Source of the DNA: Leucoraja ocellata
Taxonomy: Eukaryota
Direction of reading: 5' to 3'
NCBI GenBank assembly: GCA_036785375.1
Contig: JAWMAR010000868.1
Span: 124,001 to 188,000, forward strand
Length of the DNA: 64,000 bases
Below are positions 61,642 through 64,000 of the stretch, one piece after another; positions within the stretch are counted from its first letter, which is position 1; the number at the start of each line of letters is the position of its first letter. Position numbers and translations under genes: made by a program. Below the pieces are notes generated by a model. It saw only the letters and a list, made by a program, of their open reading frames with translations, was not told the origin of the DNA and ran no database searches.

Positions 61642-63003
61642 GTGTCACGGTCATCAATGTATACAAGCCACCTTCTACCAAGCTCCACAAAGACTCCATC
61701 CCCACCTTTGGTTCGCCCTGCGTCTTCACCGGAGACTAACTGCCACAGCACCACCTGGGGCTACCGTTCAACTAACTCAGTTGCCGCTGCAATAGAAGAC
61801 TGGGCCTCAGCTACTGCCGTTCAACCCACGGTCCTTCCTAAGTTTACTGGAAACAAGTGTGACTTTTATAGATGGAGGAAGGGTTGGGAAGCACTGCAAA
61901 AGCAAGGTGAACCCACTGGATCAAATGAGGTGAAGAAGGTTCAATTGCTGGACAGTCTGGAGGACAAAATTACAAGAGACCTCCACCTCACAAGTTATAA
62001 CACTGCAGATGATATCTTTCGTGTCCCAAAGAACCGGTTTGGAAATCAAACAGCTATTGCTATTGAGATAGTGGAGGAGCTTCAGAGAATCCCACCTGTC
62101 AGAGGACATCAGCCACGTAAAATAGTGGAATTAATTCAAGCTGTGGAAAAGGCGCTTAAGGACTTGAGTGATCTCGGAGACACAGGAGCTATTAAAAATC
62201 CACTGATGACAAAATCAATTGAAACCAAACTTCCAGAAACCCTCAAGAAGGAATGGCTGGTTTATGTAGCTGACAAGAGGAATGCTGTGGCACCAGAGAA
62301 ACGGTTTGACAGTCTCTTGTCATTTCTCAAAGAGCAGGAGAACATATACGAACAGCTCGAGCAACTGAGGGACGAGGAGCCGAGTAGGCTCGAGCAACTG
62401 AGGGACGAGGAGCCGAGTAGAAAGGAAACTCGGACTGAACCAAGACATGCCAGAACCAAGTCTACCAAGTCAGGAAATGACCACACAAGTTGTGTAGTCT
62501 GTGGGGACGAAAAGCATAAAAGGAAGCTGTACTTCTGCAAGCAGTTTCGAGGGCAAAAGCTGACAGACAAAAGAGCTGCAGTAAAGAAGTTGGGAGCATG
62601 CAAAAAGTGTCTTGAAGTTCATGATGATGGTTCATACTGCAAACCTGCATATCTGTGTAAAAATCAAATCTGCAAGGATGAACAGACTCCTGAGCATCAT
62701 TTTTATCTGTGCCCCAATTATGAGATGAGGAAAAGCAGTGTGGATCAGAGAAGGAGTAAATTTGGTCCAGAGGAAGATAAAGGCAAGAAGAAATATACAG
62801 TGGACCAAGAGGAGTTTTTCAGCAAACTTCCACCAGAGTTGGCAAAACAATGCCGAGATGTGTTCTCCAACACTGCATCAAGAGCCTTCAACACTGCAAA
62901 GCATCAGCCAAGCCTCCTAAAGGAAGGTGGACTGCAAGAGCATCCAGTGATTATGATGCTTCTGGAGGTTGTAGCAAATACTGGACAAAAGGTTGGGCAT
63001 TAA
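61642..63003 (+). mobile_element. BEL/Pao LTR retrotransposon gag region
   Basis: LPKFTG...FYRWRKGW gag motif and three Cys/His knuckles (CVVC..H..C, CKKC..H..C, CKNQIC..HH..C). The 5' end and LTR were not found. Confidence 0.92.
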
Positions 63004-64000
63004 TTGACTTGGCTTCAGATACCAACTACATAACTCACAAGGCTGCGAGTAGACTGAACCTTAGGAGTGAATACATCACGCTTATCGTCCATGGAGTTGG
63101 GGGGGGGATGAAGGTCCACGTAGAGACGAGGCGCTACCTTCTAAAGATCCGAGTGAAGACTCCCAAGGGCACACTCAAGTCGCACCAGTTAGTTTGTTAT
63201 GGATTGGACAGCATTGCAGATGTTCACAAACATGTGACACCACAGCAGCTGCAAAAGTTCTTTCCAGACGTCCCACTTGAGGAACTTGTGAGACCAAAAG
63301 AGATACATTTGCTCATAAGCCATGGAGAAGGTCAGCTAGCGCCTCAGAGGATTAGAACTGTTGGAGATCTCATTCTGTGGGATGGACCACTGGGAAAGAC
63401 TGTTGGAGGTTGTCATCCTGAGCTGTTTGAGAAGCTTACCATGTCAGCCCACATGTCCAAAACACACTTCGCAAGATCAATGAGAGCAGCTGCTTTAAAG
63501 TATGAGGAGCTCACTGCCCCAGTCCCTGAGGAACTTTCACCAAACGGACAGGTCGCCGTCAAAGTCCAGAAGTCACGTACATCAACCGCAAATCGGGACT
63601 TCCTGGATTGGTGGAAGTGGGATAGCATTGGAGCAGCATGCGAGCCAAAGTGCGGGGGTTGCCGCTGTGGAAACTGCCAGCCAGGCGGAAAAGAAATGAC
63701 TCTTGCTGAAGAGAGAGAGCTCGAAGTGGTAAGGGAAGGCCTCGCCTACGTAACAGGAGACCGTCACAGTAAAGACCCACATTGGCATGCTAGCTATCCT
63801 TGGTTGGAAGACCCAGCTTCTCTACCAAATAATAAAAGGACAGTGGAAGCCACATTTCTCAGGACGGAGAGGCAGATATCCAGAGAACCTGAATGGAAAA
63901 GTGCCTACACAGCTCAGGTGCACGACATGGTGGACCGAAAGGCTGCAATCAAATTGTCCGAAGACATGATTGCAAACTGGAAGGGACCAGTGTGGTATGT
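62997..64000 (+). mobile_element. BEL/Pao pol region (protease and pre-RT), open to the window end
   Basis: ALIDLASDTNYI aspartic protease, CEPKCGGCRCGNC, YPWLEDPASLPNN, GPVWY. Offset by -1 from the gag ORF. Confidence 0.92.

Noticed and set aside
62985-63003. Programmed -1 frameshift in the BEL element
   Set aside because: No X XXY YYZ slippery site, and BEL/Pao elements usually have a single ORF. A 1-bp deletion or sequencing error is simpler.

Overview
Eukaryotic, repeat-rich vertebrate DNA. The repeat complement (CR1 LINEs with (TTTCTATG)n tails, HE1/V-SINE-like tRNA SINEs, Penelope-like elements, Rex1/Babar) suggests a cartilaginous fish, probably a skate or ray (inference). The only clear host gene is on the minus strand at about 29.2 to 7.6 kb. 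It is a group-B scavenger-receptor cysteine-rich (SRCR) type I membrane receptor of the CD163/WC1/SCART kind, reconstructed by hand: non-coding exon 1, leader exons, 7 SRCR exons, a GC-donor linker exon, a TM exon and 4 cytoplasmic exons including a YEEI motif. It carries three apparent lesions (stop in the leader, 5'-deleted SRCR3, lost donor), so it may be a decaying paralogue. Its promoter region is tandemly duplicated, and its 3' flank (1-4494) is duplicated at 47841-54825. The rest is transposable elements: CR1, Penelope, Rex1/Babar, an invertebrate-like LINE, Tc1, a THAP relic, a P-like MITE, a probable Helitron, Gypsy and BEL/Pao. The most notable non-coding find is a 141-bp TSD-flanked retroelement whose first 54 nt fold as a minimal HDV-like ribozyme. 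Penelope-derived repeats carry hammerhead cores. There are two assembly gaps. All calls were read by eye and no database searches were run; TE boundaries without TSDs are approximate.
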